From an uncultured Sphingobium sp. (GTDB taxonomy: Bacteria; Pseudomonadota; Alphaproteobacteria; Sphingomonadales; Sphingomonadaceae), in contig CAZLSU010000001.1 in the NCBI GenBank assembly GCA_964562225.1, forward strand, positions 1,412 to 65,411: DNA of 64,000 nucleotides. The letters run 5' to 3'. Shown here piece after piece: positions 50,806 through 59,576 of this stretch. Both the position numbers and the translations under genes were made by a program. The notes below the pieces were generated by a model. It made no database searches and was not told where the DNA came from. It saw only the letters and a program-made list of their open reading frames with translations. How positions within the stretch are numbered: position 1 is the stretch's first letter; every line of letters starts with the position of its first letter.

Positions 50806-51941
50806 GCCGCCACCGCCATCGCATTAGTCTCAGCCCGCACGCGCTCATCCATCTCGTCAGCGTCAACACTATTATGCGCCTCGCCTATCTGCTCATCCGC
50901 TGCCCCTTCGCCGAACGGATCATCGTCGGATCGCGCGGCTTCTCGGTCGGCGTCGGCGACAATCGCGCCCAACTCGTCAAGGATCGGGCGGACCACATTG
51001 CGCGCCGCCTTCCCTTCGTCAGTCGCCCACCAAGCATTAAACGCAACCTTGCCGCCGCGCGCCTTTTCACGCGCCAGGTCCATGGTTTCCTTCTGCTTCT
51101 GTGCGCCGCCCTGCCCCTTGGCCCATTCTGCCATGGCGAAGCCGGTATCCTCGCTCATCGGCCTGCGCGGATCGAACAACGACTTAAACTGGTCTGCGAC
51201 CTTGATCTGGTAGACGGGGCAACCCGGCGCGATCGGGTCAAGGATGACCATCGCGGTCATCTCGAACATCAGGTCGCCGTCGCTGGCTGGATCCCATGGC
51301 ACGTCCTTACGCCGGGTCTTCGTCAGGCGAGCATTCTCAGCCTTTTCGCCGTACCCCTTCTGCATCACTGGCTTCGCGCGGGTGCAGATGATGATATTCG
51401 ACTTGGCCCTGACGATGCGGTCGATCAACCGGCGATAGCGCGGCTTTACCTCTGCCCATGCAAGCTGGCTGAATTTCCCTGGATCGACTGGCGTATTATT
51501 GTTGTACTTCTGATTGCGCGCCTCGGCCTCCCGAACAAGTCGGTCCAGCACTTGCGCATGCAGGTCCAGCACACCGCCAACGCCCTCCCACGCATGGCTG
51601 AAACTATCCATAATCAGCACGGGCATCTCTGCCGCTTCCGCCGCGTCGATGACTTCAATCCAACGCTCCGGGCCGAACCCGACCAGTTCGCCATCATCGT
51701 TGATCGCCGTGAAGTCGAAATGATGCATTTCCGGGAATGCTTCCTTATAGTGCAGCGCGCGCTTGTTCTCGGTATCGACGTACCCAATCGGCGAGTTTTT
51801 CTTGCCGGTCATTGCCGCCGCCATGCCGCGCGCGACGCGTAGGGCCGTGAAGGTCTTACCGGTGCTACTGCCACCAGACAGCCCGAGCGCGATCGTCAGG
51901 GGATCATTGATTTCGGATGCTGGGATAAATCGAATAGCCAT
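50802..51941 (-). CDS. Phage AAA/RecA-like ATPase (Sak4-like single-strand annealing protein)
   Basis: [38 protein letters not shown]; lies between a nuclease and ssb. Confidence 0.75.
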   Translation of the reverse strand: MAIRFIPASEINDPLTIALGLSGGSSTGKTFTALRVARGMAAAMTGKKNSPIGYVDTENKRALHYKEAFPEMHHFDFTAINDDGELVGFGPERWIEVIDAAEAAEMPVLIMDSFSHAWEGVGGVLDLHAQVLDRLVREAEARNQKYNNNTPVDPGKFSQLAWAEVKPRYRRLIDRIVRAKSNIIICTRAKPVMQKGYGEKAENARLTKTRRKDVPWDPASDGDLMFEMTAMVILDPIAPGCPVYQIKVADQFKSLFDPRRPMSEDTGFAMAEWAKGQGGAQKQKETMDLAREKARGGKVAFNAWWATDEGKAARNVVRPILDELGAIVADADREAARSDDDPFGEGAADEQIGEAHNSVDADEMDERVRAETNAMAVAA

Positions 51942-52900
51942 TAAAATTCCTCCTCAAATTCGCGCTCGACCAGCCAGGCCGGGGCATCGATTTCATGCAT
52001 ACCCAAGGGGTATCCGGGCCATTTCCCAGCGGTGGTGCAGTCGGCCCATATCTTGCGGGCGCGGGCGGCGCGGCGCTTGGCCATTGCCTCGAATGAACCG
52101 GACAGCCTGATCAGCGTGACCGCGTAAGGCTCCGACTTTTCCTGAAAGATGAAGACGAACGGGCGCACTTCGCCGGTCGCCGCCTGCCACACAGCGCGGT
52201 AATGCTCGGCCTGAATATCGTAGCCGTAATTGAGGATCGCGCGCATGCAGGCGTCGGGGCTGGCGTCTTCGATGGTCTTGAAATCCCATATCGGGCCAGA
52301 CCAACTGACGTTATCAAACATCGCGCGACACCAGATGCCATCGACCTGCGCCACCGCGCACAATTCAGAGCGCTCGGGGTCCAGAGTGACGCCGCACTCC
52401 AAAAGATGAGCGTGGGCGACCGTGCGCATGGCCTCGATTTGCTCGACTTCATCCGCTTTGAGTGGCGTAACATTGCGGTCGCGGGCGCTGGCGATGAAGG
52501 CTTTGGCTTCCGTCGTGCTGGCCGCGCCGTTCTTCCCTAACAGGCTGGCTGGGATGACTTCATAGTCGTCACCGCTGCCAAGGATCGCCCGGTGCGCAGC
52601 GCGGCCAATGTCAAACGTCTTCTTGTGGACCGGCTGGCAGTCGGGGTTCAGGCGCGGGCTGGCATGCCAGGCATGCAGCGGCGACCGCTTGATGATCAAC
52701 TTTGCCAGCGTGGCCGACAGGCTCGGTTCCGGGGCTGGGTCCGCGTGATATTCGGCGCTTGGCAGGCGCATGACCTCGCCAATCCGCGCGGCTTCTGGCT
52801 TTGGTTCGCGGGGTGCTGGTGTTTCGCGGTCGAACGCCTCGTAGATGTCTGGAAGCGGGGTCGGCTCGACATATCCGACATCAAATGGATTGTCCGTCAT
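51941..52900 (-). CDS. RecE/ExoVIII-like PD-(D/E)XK exonuclease
   Basis: EYHADP, GRAAHRAIL, CRAMFD...IWDFKT, YGYDIQAEHY, FIFQEK, WPGYP. Confidence 0.8.
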   Translation of the reverse strand: MTDNPFDVGYVEPTPLPDIYEAFDRETPAPREPKPEAARIGEVMRLPSAEYHADPAPEPSLSATLAKLIIKRSPLHAWHASPRLNPDCQPVHKKTFDIGRAAHRAILGSGDDYEVIPASLLGKNGAASTTEAKAFIASARDRNVTPLKADEVEQIEAMRTVAHAHLLECGVTLDPERSELCAVAQVDGIWCRAMFDNVSWSGPIWDFKTIEDASPDACMRAILNYGYDIQAEHYRAVWQAATGEVRPFVFIFQEKSEPYAVTLIRLSGSFEAMAKRRAARARKIWADCTTAGKWPGYPLGMHEIDAPAWLVEREFEEEF

Positions 52901-52903
52901 GGC

Positions 52904-53122
52904 TCAAAACCTCATCGAAACATGGGGAATGTCATTGGCGCAGATCGCCTGCACCAGCCGCTCAGCAGCGCGCGGGGCAATGTTGATGTTCACCATCGCC
53001 GCGATAGCTTTGGCCTTCACGCTGGCTCGGTGGGCTTCGTCGGCTTCGCGGGCTTCCTGCTCTTGCTGCTCGCGGCGCATGTCGGCTTGGCGCTGCTGTT
53101 CGGCGCGCTCGGCTTCGGCCAA
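52904..53122 (-). pseudogene. 3' remnant of a phage coiled-coil protein
   Basis: ...AREADEAHRASVKAKAIAAM...LVQAICANDIPHVSMRF; the 5' part is replaced by unrelated DNA. Confidence 0.6.
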
Positions 53123-53255
53123 CCTGCCCGATACCTCAGGCTTCTTCTTTGGCGCATCCGACGGCAGCGAGAACGAAGACGATCTCGCCTTCATCGCCAC
53201 GGCGCGCGCAGCAATCGCCGAGGGCAAGACGGTCTTCTATGACTCGTGGTGGTAG
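53121..53255 (+). pseudogene. 3' remnant of a plasmid/ICE-type conserved hypothetical gene
   Basis: NLPDTSGFFFGASDGSENEDDLAFIATARAAIAEGKTVFYDSWW*, a protein-like C-terminus with no start of its own, followed by a hairpin. Confidence 0.6.
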
Positions 53256-53266
53256 GCCCGCCAAAG

Positions 53267-53289
53267 GGGACGCGGCGGAGCCGCGTCCC
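53267..53289. terminator. GC-rich hairpin between convergent genes
   Basis: GGGACGCGGC-GGA-GCCGCGTCCC perfect 10-bp stem; TTT follows on the minus strand. Confidence 0.55.
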
Positions 53290-53359
53290 GCTTGCGTCAC
53301 GTTTTCAGAAAGCGCGAGCGGACAATGGCGGCGCGACGGCTCGACCGTGCCGCCACCGA

Positions 53360-53653
53360 TTACCCCTTGCAGTAAGTGCCGCGTAGATTGCCGCCGCCGA
53401 GGCAGCCCTTATCGTCGATGGTCATCATTTCCTGATCGTTGCCGATGACAACGATGACCTGTTTGCCGTCCACCTGATAAGTGCCGACGCGCGTTGAACC
53501 GCCTTTGACGACCTCCACCTTGTCACCGGACTTGAAGACGATCTTGTCGAGGAACGAACCCGGTTCCCCGACATATTCACCGCTGGGGCTGTTGCTGCAC
53601 GCAGACAGCAGGAGCGTGCTAACCGCGAAGATCGAAAGAGATAGACTCCGCAT
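53360..53653 (-). CDS. Small lipoprotein
   Basis: MRSLSLSIFAVSTLLLSAC lipobox, beta-rich body, terminal Cys pair. Confidence 0.75.
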   Translation of the reverse strand: MRSLSLSIFAVSTLLLSACSNSPSGEYVGEPGSFLDKIVFKSGDKVEVVKGGSTRVGTYQVDGKQVIVVIGNDQEMMTIDDKGCLGGGNLRGTYCKG

Positions 53654-53660
53654 ATCTGGC

Positions 53661-53996
53661 TTAACTCCGTACGTTTTTGCGAGGGGAAAGGGCGCGAGCG
53701 GCGCGGCGTTTCCGGTAGGCGGACACCGCCCACCACACGCCCGCGACCGCAATCACATCAACTGCGATTGTCACGCTGCCGGTGAATATCAGGGAAACAA
53801 TCCCGATCATCACGACAGTCAGCAGGACAGACAGACGCGGACGGCGTTTGAAGCCGTGCAGCAGAGCGCCCCAGCCATCTGTCATGGCACCGATAAAACC
53901 GAATCCTTGGTCGGCGGCCTCGCGGTATTTTGCACGCTGCTCATCTTCGAGAACCATCCGGTTGTGACGTTGGAGATTGGTTTCTTCTCGTTCCAT
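53661..53996 (-). CDS. Small two-TM membrane protein
   Basis: Hydrophobic hairpin followed by a basic tail. Confidence 0.6.
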   Translation of the reverse strand: MEREETNLQRHNRMVLEDEQRAKYREAADQGFGFIGAMTDGWGALLHGFKRRPRLSVLLTVVMIGIVSLIFTGSVTIAVDVIAVAGVWWAVSAYRKRRAARALSPRKNVRS

Positions 53997-54001
53997 ACCG
54001 A

Positions 54002-54502
54002 TCACCTTTTCCCTTTGGGTTTGGCGACCGATGGAGCGCCTGCGCTGCACCGCTTCAACGGGGAAGCCCGGACTACCGCCGTCATCGGCGCGCCGAGCGG
54101 CGTTTTCAGGGTGTCGTCGTGACTGACTTCGAGAAGGCCGCGCTGTTCACGCGCGTTGAACATCAGTATCACGGGCATATTATCGCCCCATTTGTTCTTA
54201 CCGTATTTGACGTAGACCCAGCGTTGCAGCCCCGCGTATTGCGCGCCGCCCGCACAGGAAAAGCAGACGCTGACCGGCAGCGGCCCGCTTATTCCGGCGG
54301 GCGTTTCAAGATGCACCCCCGTCTTTCCGACATCCACGCGCGGCAGGCGCGCGCAATTGCCCGCTGGCGCGTAGCGCCCATAGATTTCTTCCGGCACAGG
54401 CAGATCGACGGCCTGTGCGTTCACGGCCTTCGCGCCGAGCGCCAAGCCCGTGAACGCGGCGAGCGCCAGACTGGCCGCCCATCCTCCGGTATGTTTTCGC
54501 AT
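54002..54502 (-). CDS. Secreted hypothetical protein
   Basis: Signal peptide ending VNA-QA; YGRYAPAGNC, CFSCAGG, LKRC. Confidence 0.7.
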   Translation of the reverse strand: MRKHTGGWAASLALAAFTGLALGAKAVNAQAVDLPVPEEIYGRYAPAGNCARLPRVDVGKTGVHLETPAGISGPLPVSVCFSCAGGAQYAGLQRWVYVKYGKNKWGDNMPVILMFNAREQRGLLEVSHDDTLKTPLGAPMTAVVRASPLKRCSAGAPSVAKPKGKR

Positions 54503-54587
54503 GACAGACTCTTCCGAATATCAAAGTTCTTCGGCGCGAGTCTGGACAGAGGCCGGGGATCATTCGTCCCCTAAATAGGGGAGAACG

Positions 54588-55742
54588 TCAGTGCGCCCGG
54601 TCGGGCAGCGCAGCCACACTGCGACCGATCAGGGCGATCACTTCGCCTTGCCGGTTTGTGCCCGTCTTGGAGAGGATGCGTTTCAGGTGCGAACGCACGG
54701 TTGCCAGCCCGATACCATGCCGCCGCGCAATGTCTTCGAGCGCGCGGCCACCGCCGAGATCGACGGCAATGGCCGCTTCCGTGCGCGTCAGGCCGAACAG
54801 ATCGCACAGGGTCTGCGCAGACAGCGTGGGGTGTTCCGGATCGCGCAGGAAGACCAACGCCATCGGGCGCAGGTGCGCAAAGCGTGTCGCGCCTGCGCCA
54901 AAAGGTGCGGAGGTCAACGTCAGCGGCAGACGACCGTCGCGCGGAATGGCCAGTGCGGACGCGGGTGCGACAGACCGACCAGCGGCAATATCGGCGCTGG
55001 CGCGGACGAGCGACAGAAGCCGGTCATGGAGCGCAGGGCGCTTAACGCACAGGCGACCGTTCAACACCCCGATCTCGCGGGAGGCCGCCAGTATGTCTTC
55101 GGCCAGCGCGTTCGCATGGATGATGCGGCCAGACCGGTCCACGGCCAGCACGCCGGTATCGAGCCGGTCAAGCGCCGCCAGTGTCGCCGTTTGCGTCAGC
55201 GCGGCTGCCGCCAGCGTCTGGCCGAGCCGAAGGGCGCGTTGAAGGTGCGGCAGGAGATACGCGGCCTTTTGCCGGTCGGCATCGCCGTAACCGCCCGCGC
55301 CCTGGGTGCGGTGGACACCCAGCACGCCCATGGTGCCGTCCCCTGTCGGGAAGACCGCGCCGATCATGTGATGAATGTCGAGTTCGCGTAGCCACTCTTG
55401 ATAGTAGCCGCTCCACCGCTGTTCGTCTTCGGACACCAGATCATGGTCGGTGACGATCCGCGACATACCGAAGGTCACGGAACGTTCGACCCATAAATCG
55501 CGGCTGTGCCAGTCCGTCGCCCAATCTTGCAGACGATCCGGCACAACGAGATTGTCGGTGCTTTCGACCAACTGCACCCGCGCATCGCTGCCGTGCAGTT
55601 TCATGACAGTGCTGGTGGAATCGAACGCCGCCGCGATCCGCGCCGCCATGCCTGACCACAGACGATCATCGACCGCCGCATCATACAGATGGCCGATCAG
55701 CCCCGAAAGACGATCATCCTCAAAGGTATCGGGCGGAAGCAT
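54588..55742 (-). CDS. LuxR-type HTH regulator with GAF/PAS-like domains
   Basis: LYDAAVDDRLW, LLPHLQRAL, HANALAE, FGLTRTEA...TVRSHLKRILSKTGTNRQ. Confidence 0.85.
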   Translation of the reverse strand: MLPPDTFEDDRLSGLIGHLYDAAVDDRLWSGMAARIAAAFDSTSTVMKLHGSDARVQLVESTDNLVVPDRLQDWATDWHSRDLWVERSVTFGMSRIVTDHDLVSEDEQRWSGYYQEWLRELDIHHMIGAVFPTGDGTMGVLGVHRTQGAGGYGDADRQKAAYLLPHLQRALRLGQTLAAAALTQTATLAALDRLDTGVLAVDRSGRIIHANALAEDILAASREIGVLNGRLCVKRPALHDRLLSLVRASADIAAGRSVAPASALAIPRDGRLPLTLTSAPFGAGATRFAHLRPMALVFLRDPEHPTLSAQTLCDLFGLTRTEAAIAVDLGGGRALEDIARRHGIGLATVRSHLKRILSKTGTNRQGEVIALIGRSVAALPDRAH

Positions 55743-55751
55743 GGCGCAGGG

Positions 55752-56138
55752 CTATCCCTGTTCACCATCGAGAGCGACGTTTGTGCGCATCCATTGATCC
55801 AGATGCTCGAAATCGAACGTACCGGCAGCATAAAGGCCGGATATGAAGGCAAAGGTTTCGTCGGCGTCGGCTGTGATCCGCGCGCCGTTGATGGCGAGAA
55901 AGGTATAGGTGGCCGCAAATGCGGCGCGTTTGTTGCCGTCGATGAACGGGTGGTTTTGCGCGAGGCTTTCCCACAGCGCCGCCGCTTCCGCGATCAGGTC
56001 GGCATAATAGCCCGTCTGCGGACGGAACAGCGCGGCTTCCAGCAAGCCGCGATCCCGCACCCCCGCCGCGCCGCCATAGCGTTCTATCTGGTCCTCATGG
56101 ATGGCCAGCACTTCAATAAGCGTCAGGTAGTCCGTCAT
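55752..56138 (-). CDS. doc: Death-on-curing (Doc/Fic) toxin
   Basis: GVRDRGLLEAALFRP and Doc-type catalytic loop HPFIDGNKR. Confidence 0.92.
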   Translation of the reverse strand: MTDYLTLIEVLAIHEDQIERYGGAAGVRDRGLLEAALFRPQTGYYADLIAEAAALWESLAQNHPFIDGNKRAAFAATYTFLAINGARITADADETFAFISGLYAAGTFDFEHLDQWMRTNVALDGEQG

Positions 56139-56365
56139 TCAGCCAGCTTTTTATAAAGCGGCGCGAATTTTTCATGGCTGGCCTGATACGCCGCCATCAC
56201 ATGGGAACGCGGGCGGGTTTGCTTCCGCTTCTCGATCAAGTCGGCCAGCGCTTCATCGACGAGCGCCTGAATCTGCCGTCCTTCGCTTTGCGCGATACCG
56301 CGCACCGTGGACAGGATTTCCGCATCTACCTGGGTTGCGAATTTTTCGCGTATTTGGGTCGCCAT
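56135..56365 (-). CDS. Antitoxin of Doc (ribbon-helix-helix-like)
   Basis: 76 aa, KFATQVD...LVDEALADL...FAPLYKKLAE; ATGA overlap with doc; GGAGG RBS. Confidence 0.8.
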   Translation of the reverse strand: MATQIREKFATQVDAEILSTVRGIAQSEGRQIQALVDEALADLIEKRKQTRPRSHVMAAYQASHEKFAPLYKKLAE

Positions 56366-56390
56366 GGCGCACCTCCATTTCCTAGCTTTC

Positions 56391-56420
56391 AGTCTATCAT
56401 GACATATCATGAAATGTCAA
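56391..56420 (-). promoter_or_regulatory. TA promoter with autoregulatory operator
   Basis: Minus strand TTGACA-18 nt-TAGACT; the spacer holds two TCATGA palindromes. Confidence 0.75.
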
Positions 56421-56477
56421 GAAACAGGGCGGTTTGCCACTGCGCACGCTTGCCGGAGGGATGCGCCGGGGCGCGGG

Positions 56478-56831
56478 TCAAACCCTCATAAAGCGCGAGC
56501 CAACAATGGCGGCACGGGCGGTTTCGTCGCTCCACAGCAGGCGATCCACCTTGCCTTGGCCGATCTTGGTGCGTTGTCGCCGGACGGTTTCACCGGCTTG
56601 GAGCGGATAGAGCGGGCGCAGCCAATGCGGTGAAGGTTCGACGGTGCAGGCACCGACCTCGATATGCACCCAGCCCGCGCGGTCGATCTTCACGACTTGC
56701 CCCGTGACGACCCTGTGTCCGATCATCGTGGGCTTCTTTTTGGAAGTGCGCGGTTGCGGCTTCCAGACCGGTTCGCGCCAGCGGATCACGTCCGCAACGA
56801 TGCAATCAGTCCCGCAACTCAGCCATTTCAT
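56478..56831 (-). CDS. Hypothetical protein
   Basis: 117 aa, GGAG RBS, DVIRWREPVW and WSDETARA. Confidence 0.55.
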   Translation of the reverse strand: MKWLSCGTDCIVADVIRWREPVWKPQPRTSKKKPTMIGHRVVTGQVVKIDRAGWVHIEVGACTVEPSPHWLRPLYPLQAGETVRRQRTKIGQGKVDRLLWSDETARAAIVGSRFMRV

Positions 56832-57040
56832 GTCTCCCCCGATCTGAACACGCCACGACGTAGGGCGCGCACCCGTGCCGGTATCTCGACGGCAAGTGAC
56901 GCGTCCCCTCTATTTATGATTGTTCAGAATTGCGCTTTCGCACAAGTATATCCGTCATGATCGTCACCATGCGGTGAGGACTCGGCGCGGTGTTCCCGTC
57001 ACGCACAGGCATACCGGTGCATGATACTGTGGGGGCCGCC

Positions 57041-57526
57041 ATGCCGGACAAGAAAACCGAACAGAAAAGCGCGGACGCGGCGCTATCAGATTGGGAACGC
57101 GGGGAAGGTGATACGCCCGCCCCCGCACCGCATCCGGAGCGCGCGCGCCTGAAGGCGCTGTTCGAGACGCATACGGACGTATGTACACTGGCGCGCCTGC
57201 TGGACGCGGCAATAAATGATGCCAGCGATCCCGCGCCGGTGACGGTGGAGGTGCAGCCGGGCTTGCTCCGCCTTCTCGGCTATGTCGAGTCGCTGGAAGC
57301 TGCCGCCGCAGGACGACCGCCCGCGCCTGTGGAGCGCATCCTGCACCAAATCGTCGGCAATCATGCGGAGAACCTGCTGCATCTGCTCGCCACCGACCCG
57401 ACCAGCCACCCGCATTTTGCCAAACTCTGGAACGCGCTTTGCGCCGGACAGGGGCAAGCGGCCTATCAGGTGCCGGATGGCACCCCTCAAACCCCGCCCG
57501 ACAAGGCCGGGGAGGCACCGTTTTGA
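57041..57526 (+). CDS. Hypothetical protein coupled to virD4
   Basis: 161 aa; TGATG overlap with the virD4 start. Confidence 0.6.
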   Translation: MPDKKTEQKSADAALSDWERGEGDTPAPAPHPERARLKALFETHTDVCTLARLLDAAINDASDPAPVTVEVQPGLLRLLGYVESLEAAAAGRPPAPVERILHQIVGNHAENLLHLLATDPTSHPHFAKLWNALCAGQGQAAYQVPDGTPQTPPDKAGEAPF

Positions 57527-59532
57527 TGCGCTCTGCACGTCGCCGTCGCCTGAACGCGACTGCCGTGTCCTTGAGTCTGTTCATGGCGGTTGCGACCATG
57601 CCGGTCGCGGCACAGGGAACCAGTCCCGCCGACTATGCGCGCGACCGTGCGATCATGGCCGACCTTTTGCTGAAGCGCTCCGAGATCAATTATCGCCGGT
57701 ATGCGGGTCTGATCGACGACACCGAGGCGTCCTCCGCCCTTTCCGCCGAAGTCGCGCCGACCTTGGGCGTCCTTCAGGAACGCTGGCGACCGACAGGCCG
57801 CCTGGCGGACATGGAAATGGAGGCCATGTCACTCCGCGCCGACGAATACGAAGCGTTGAGCACGCGCTACGGTGGAGGCCGCACCAGCGGGCTTGAGGGG
57901 GCATGGGTGGCTGTCTGGAACTTCCTAAGCGGTATCTGGCAGTATCTGGTTTTCGGGCCGCTGGCGCTGATCGCGCTCATCGGTGTATTGCGTGCGCTGG
58001 CCGCTGGCCAGAAGCCCCGCAACCCGCCGCCCGTGTCCGATAACTTCGGCACGGCGCGCTATGCCGCCGTGCGGACAGAAATGCCGCACTGGTCATACGC
58101 GCATCAAGGCGTGTTCTTCGGCAAGAGCAGCGATCCGGAATGGAAGGCCATGCCGCTGGCCGAGCAACCAGGCGCGCCGATCCTGTCCACGCCCGAGCAT
58201 CATACACTGATCGTGGCGCGGACACGGACGGGCAAAGGCACCCGCGTGATCGTGCCGACGCTGTTGCGCTATGCCGGTTCCGCCATTGTCATCGACCCAA
58301 AGGGCGAAAACGCCGCCGTCACCGCGCGCGTTCGTGCCGGGATGATCTGTGACGCGGTGCATATCATCAACCCGTGGGGCGAGCTGGCCGCGACCTTCGC
58401 CGCCCGCGACTTGTCCGCCGCCACGTTCAACCCGCTGGACGTGCTGGTGCGCGACGATCCGAACGCCGTGGCCGTGGCGCAGGCGCTGGCCGGTGCCATC
58501 TGCCCGTCATCCCCGAATGACAAAGACCGCTATTGGCAGGGGAGCGCGGCGAACGTGCTGGCCGCCGTCCTGTTGTGGATCACCGACCAGCCCGGAGAGA
58601 GCAAGACGCTCGCCCGCGCCCGCGAGATCGTCAGCATGAGCCGGAAGGACTTCACCGACAGCTTCTTGGTGAAAATGGCCGCCTCAAGCGCCTTCGGCGG
58701 GGCGATCAAGGAAATGGTCAGCCCCTATCTGGATTTGGCGCAGGAGACCTATTCCGGCATCATGGCCAACCTGTCCGAAAACACGAAGTTCCTGTCCGAC
58801 CCGCAGGTCAAAGCGGCCACGGCGCGCTCCACCTTCGACATGGCCGACCTGATCCGGCAGTCCGTCACCGTCTATCTGGTTATCCCGCCCGACCGGATCG
58901 ACACGCAGCGCACCTGGCTGCGTCTGATGACAACAGCGGCCATGCACACGTTCAAACGCTTCCCGCTCGAAGAACGCCCGCCACACCGCTGTATGATCCT
59001 GATGGACGAGTTTCCCGCGCTTGGCCGCATCGAGGATATGCCCCGCGATATTGCCACCATGTCGGGCTATGGCATCGACTTCACGCTGATCGTGCAGGGG
59101 CTGGACCAGCTTAAAGACCTCTACGGAGCCGCCGCCGGTACGATCCTCTCCAACTGCGCCTTCAAGTGGTTTTGCAACGTCAACGATCTGGAGAGCGCCC
59201 GTTACCTGTCCGACACGCTGGGCAAGGCCACCGTGCGGACGATCGGGCAGACCGAGGGTGAAAACGAAGGACCGGGCGGCGCGGGCAAGAGCGAAGGCAT
59301 TGCCTACGGCGAGACAGGCCGCCCGCTCTTGATGCCCGACGAAGTGCTGGCACTCGGGCGCGACGTGGCGATCCTTGTCAATCCCGATGACCGCCCGCAC
59401 TACTTGTGCCCGGTGGACTACTGGCAACTGCCGGATGCCTTCGAGAATGTCGCGGCGCAATACCCGCAGATGTACTGGAAGCCGCCGCTGGTCTTTGACG
59501 ACAACCCCTATCACCGGAAAGGAGTGGCATAA
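57526..59532 (+). CDS. virD4: VirD4/TraG-like type IV coupling protein
   Basis: NFGTARYA, HTLIVARTRTGKG (Walker A), VIDPKGEN, FNPLD, ILMDEFPALG (Walker B), IVQGLDQLKDLYG, RPLLMPDEV. Confidence 0.9.
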   Translation: MRSARRRRLNATAVSLSLFMAVATMPVAAQGTSPADYARDRAIMADLLLKRSEINYRRYAGLIDDTEASSALSAEVAPTLGVLQERWRPTGRLADMEMEAMSLRADEYEALSTRYGGGRTSGLEGAWVAVWNFLSGIWQYLVFGPLALIALIGVLRALAAGQKPRNPPPVSDNFGTARYAAVRTEMPHWSYAHQGVFFGKSSDPEWKAMPLAEQPGAPILSTPEHHTLIVARTRTGKGTRVIVPTLLRYAGSAIVIDPKGENAAVTARVRAGMICDAVHIINPWGELAATFAARDLSAATFNPLDVLVRDDPNAVAVAQALAGAICPSSPNDKDRYWQGSAANVLAAVLLWITDQPGESKTLARAREIVSMSRKDFTDSFLVKMAASSAFGGAIKEMVSPYLDLAQETYSGIMANLSENTKFLSDPQVKAATARSTFDMADLIRQSVTVYLVIPPDRIDTQRTWLRLMTTAAMHTFKRFPLEERPPHRCMILMDEFPALGRIEDMPRDIATMSGYGIDFTLIVQGLDQLKDLYGAAAGTILSNCAFKWFCNVNDLESARYLSDTLGKATVRTIGQTEGENEGPGGAGKSEGIAYGETGRPLLMPDEVLALGRDVAILVNPDDRPHYLCPVDYWQLPDAFENVAAQYPQMYWKPPLVFDDNPYHRKGVA

Positions 59533-59576
59533 CGCGGACGGGCGCGCGCGGCGTTTCTGTGGTAAAATGTGAACCG

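Larger units (their letters stand above)
46537..53122 (-). mobile_element. Truncated prophage early region (integration and recombination arm)
   Basis: Integrase, chain of translationally coupled small ORFs, SSB, AAA ATPase and PD-(D/E)XK nuclease all on the minus strand; ends abruptly mid-gene. Confidence 0.8.

Noticed and set aside
56947-56959. TATATCCGTCA resembling a T-DNA border/MOBP nic site (TATATCCTG)
   Set aside because: It lacks the core T, lies 3.7 kb from the relaxase, and a short match is expected by chance.
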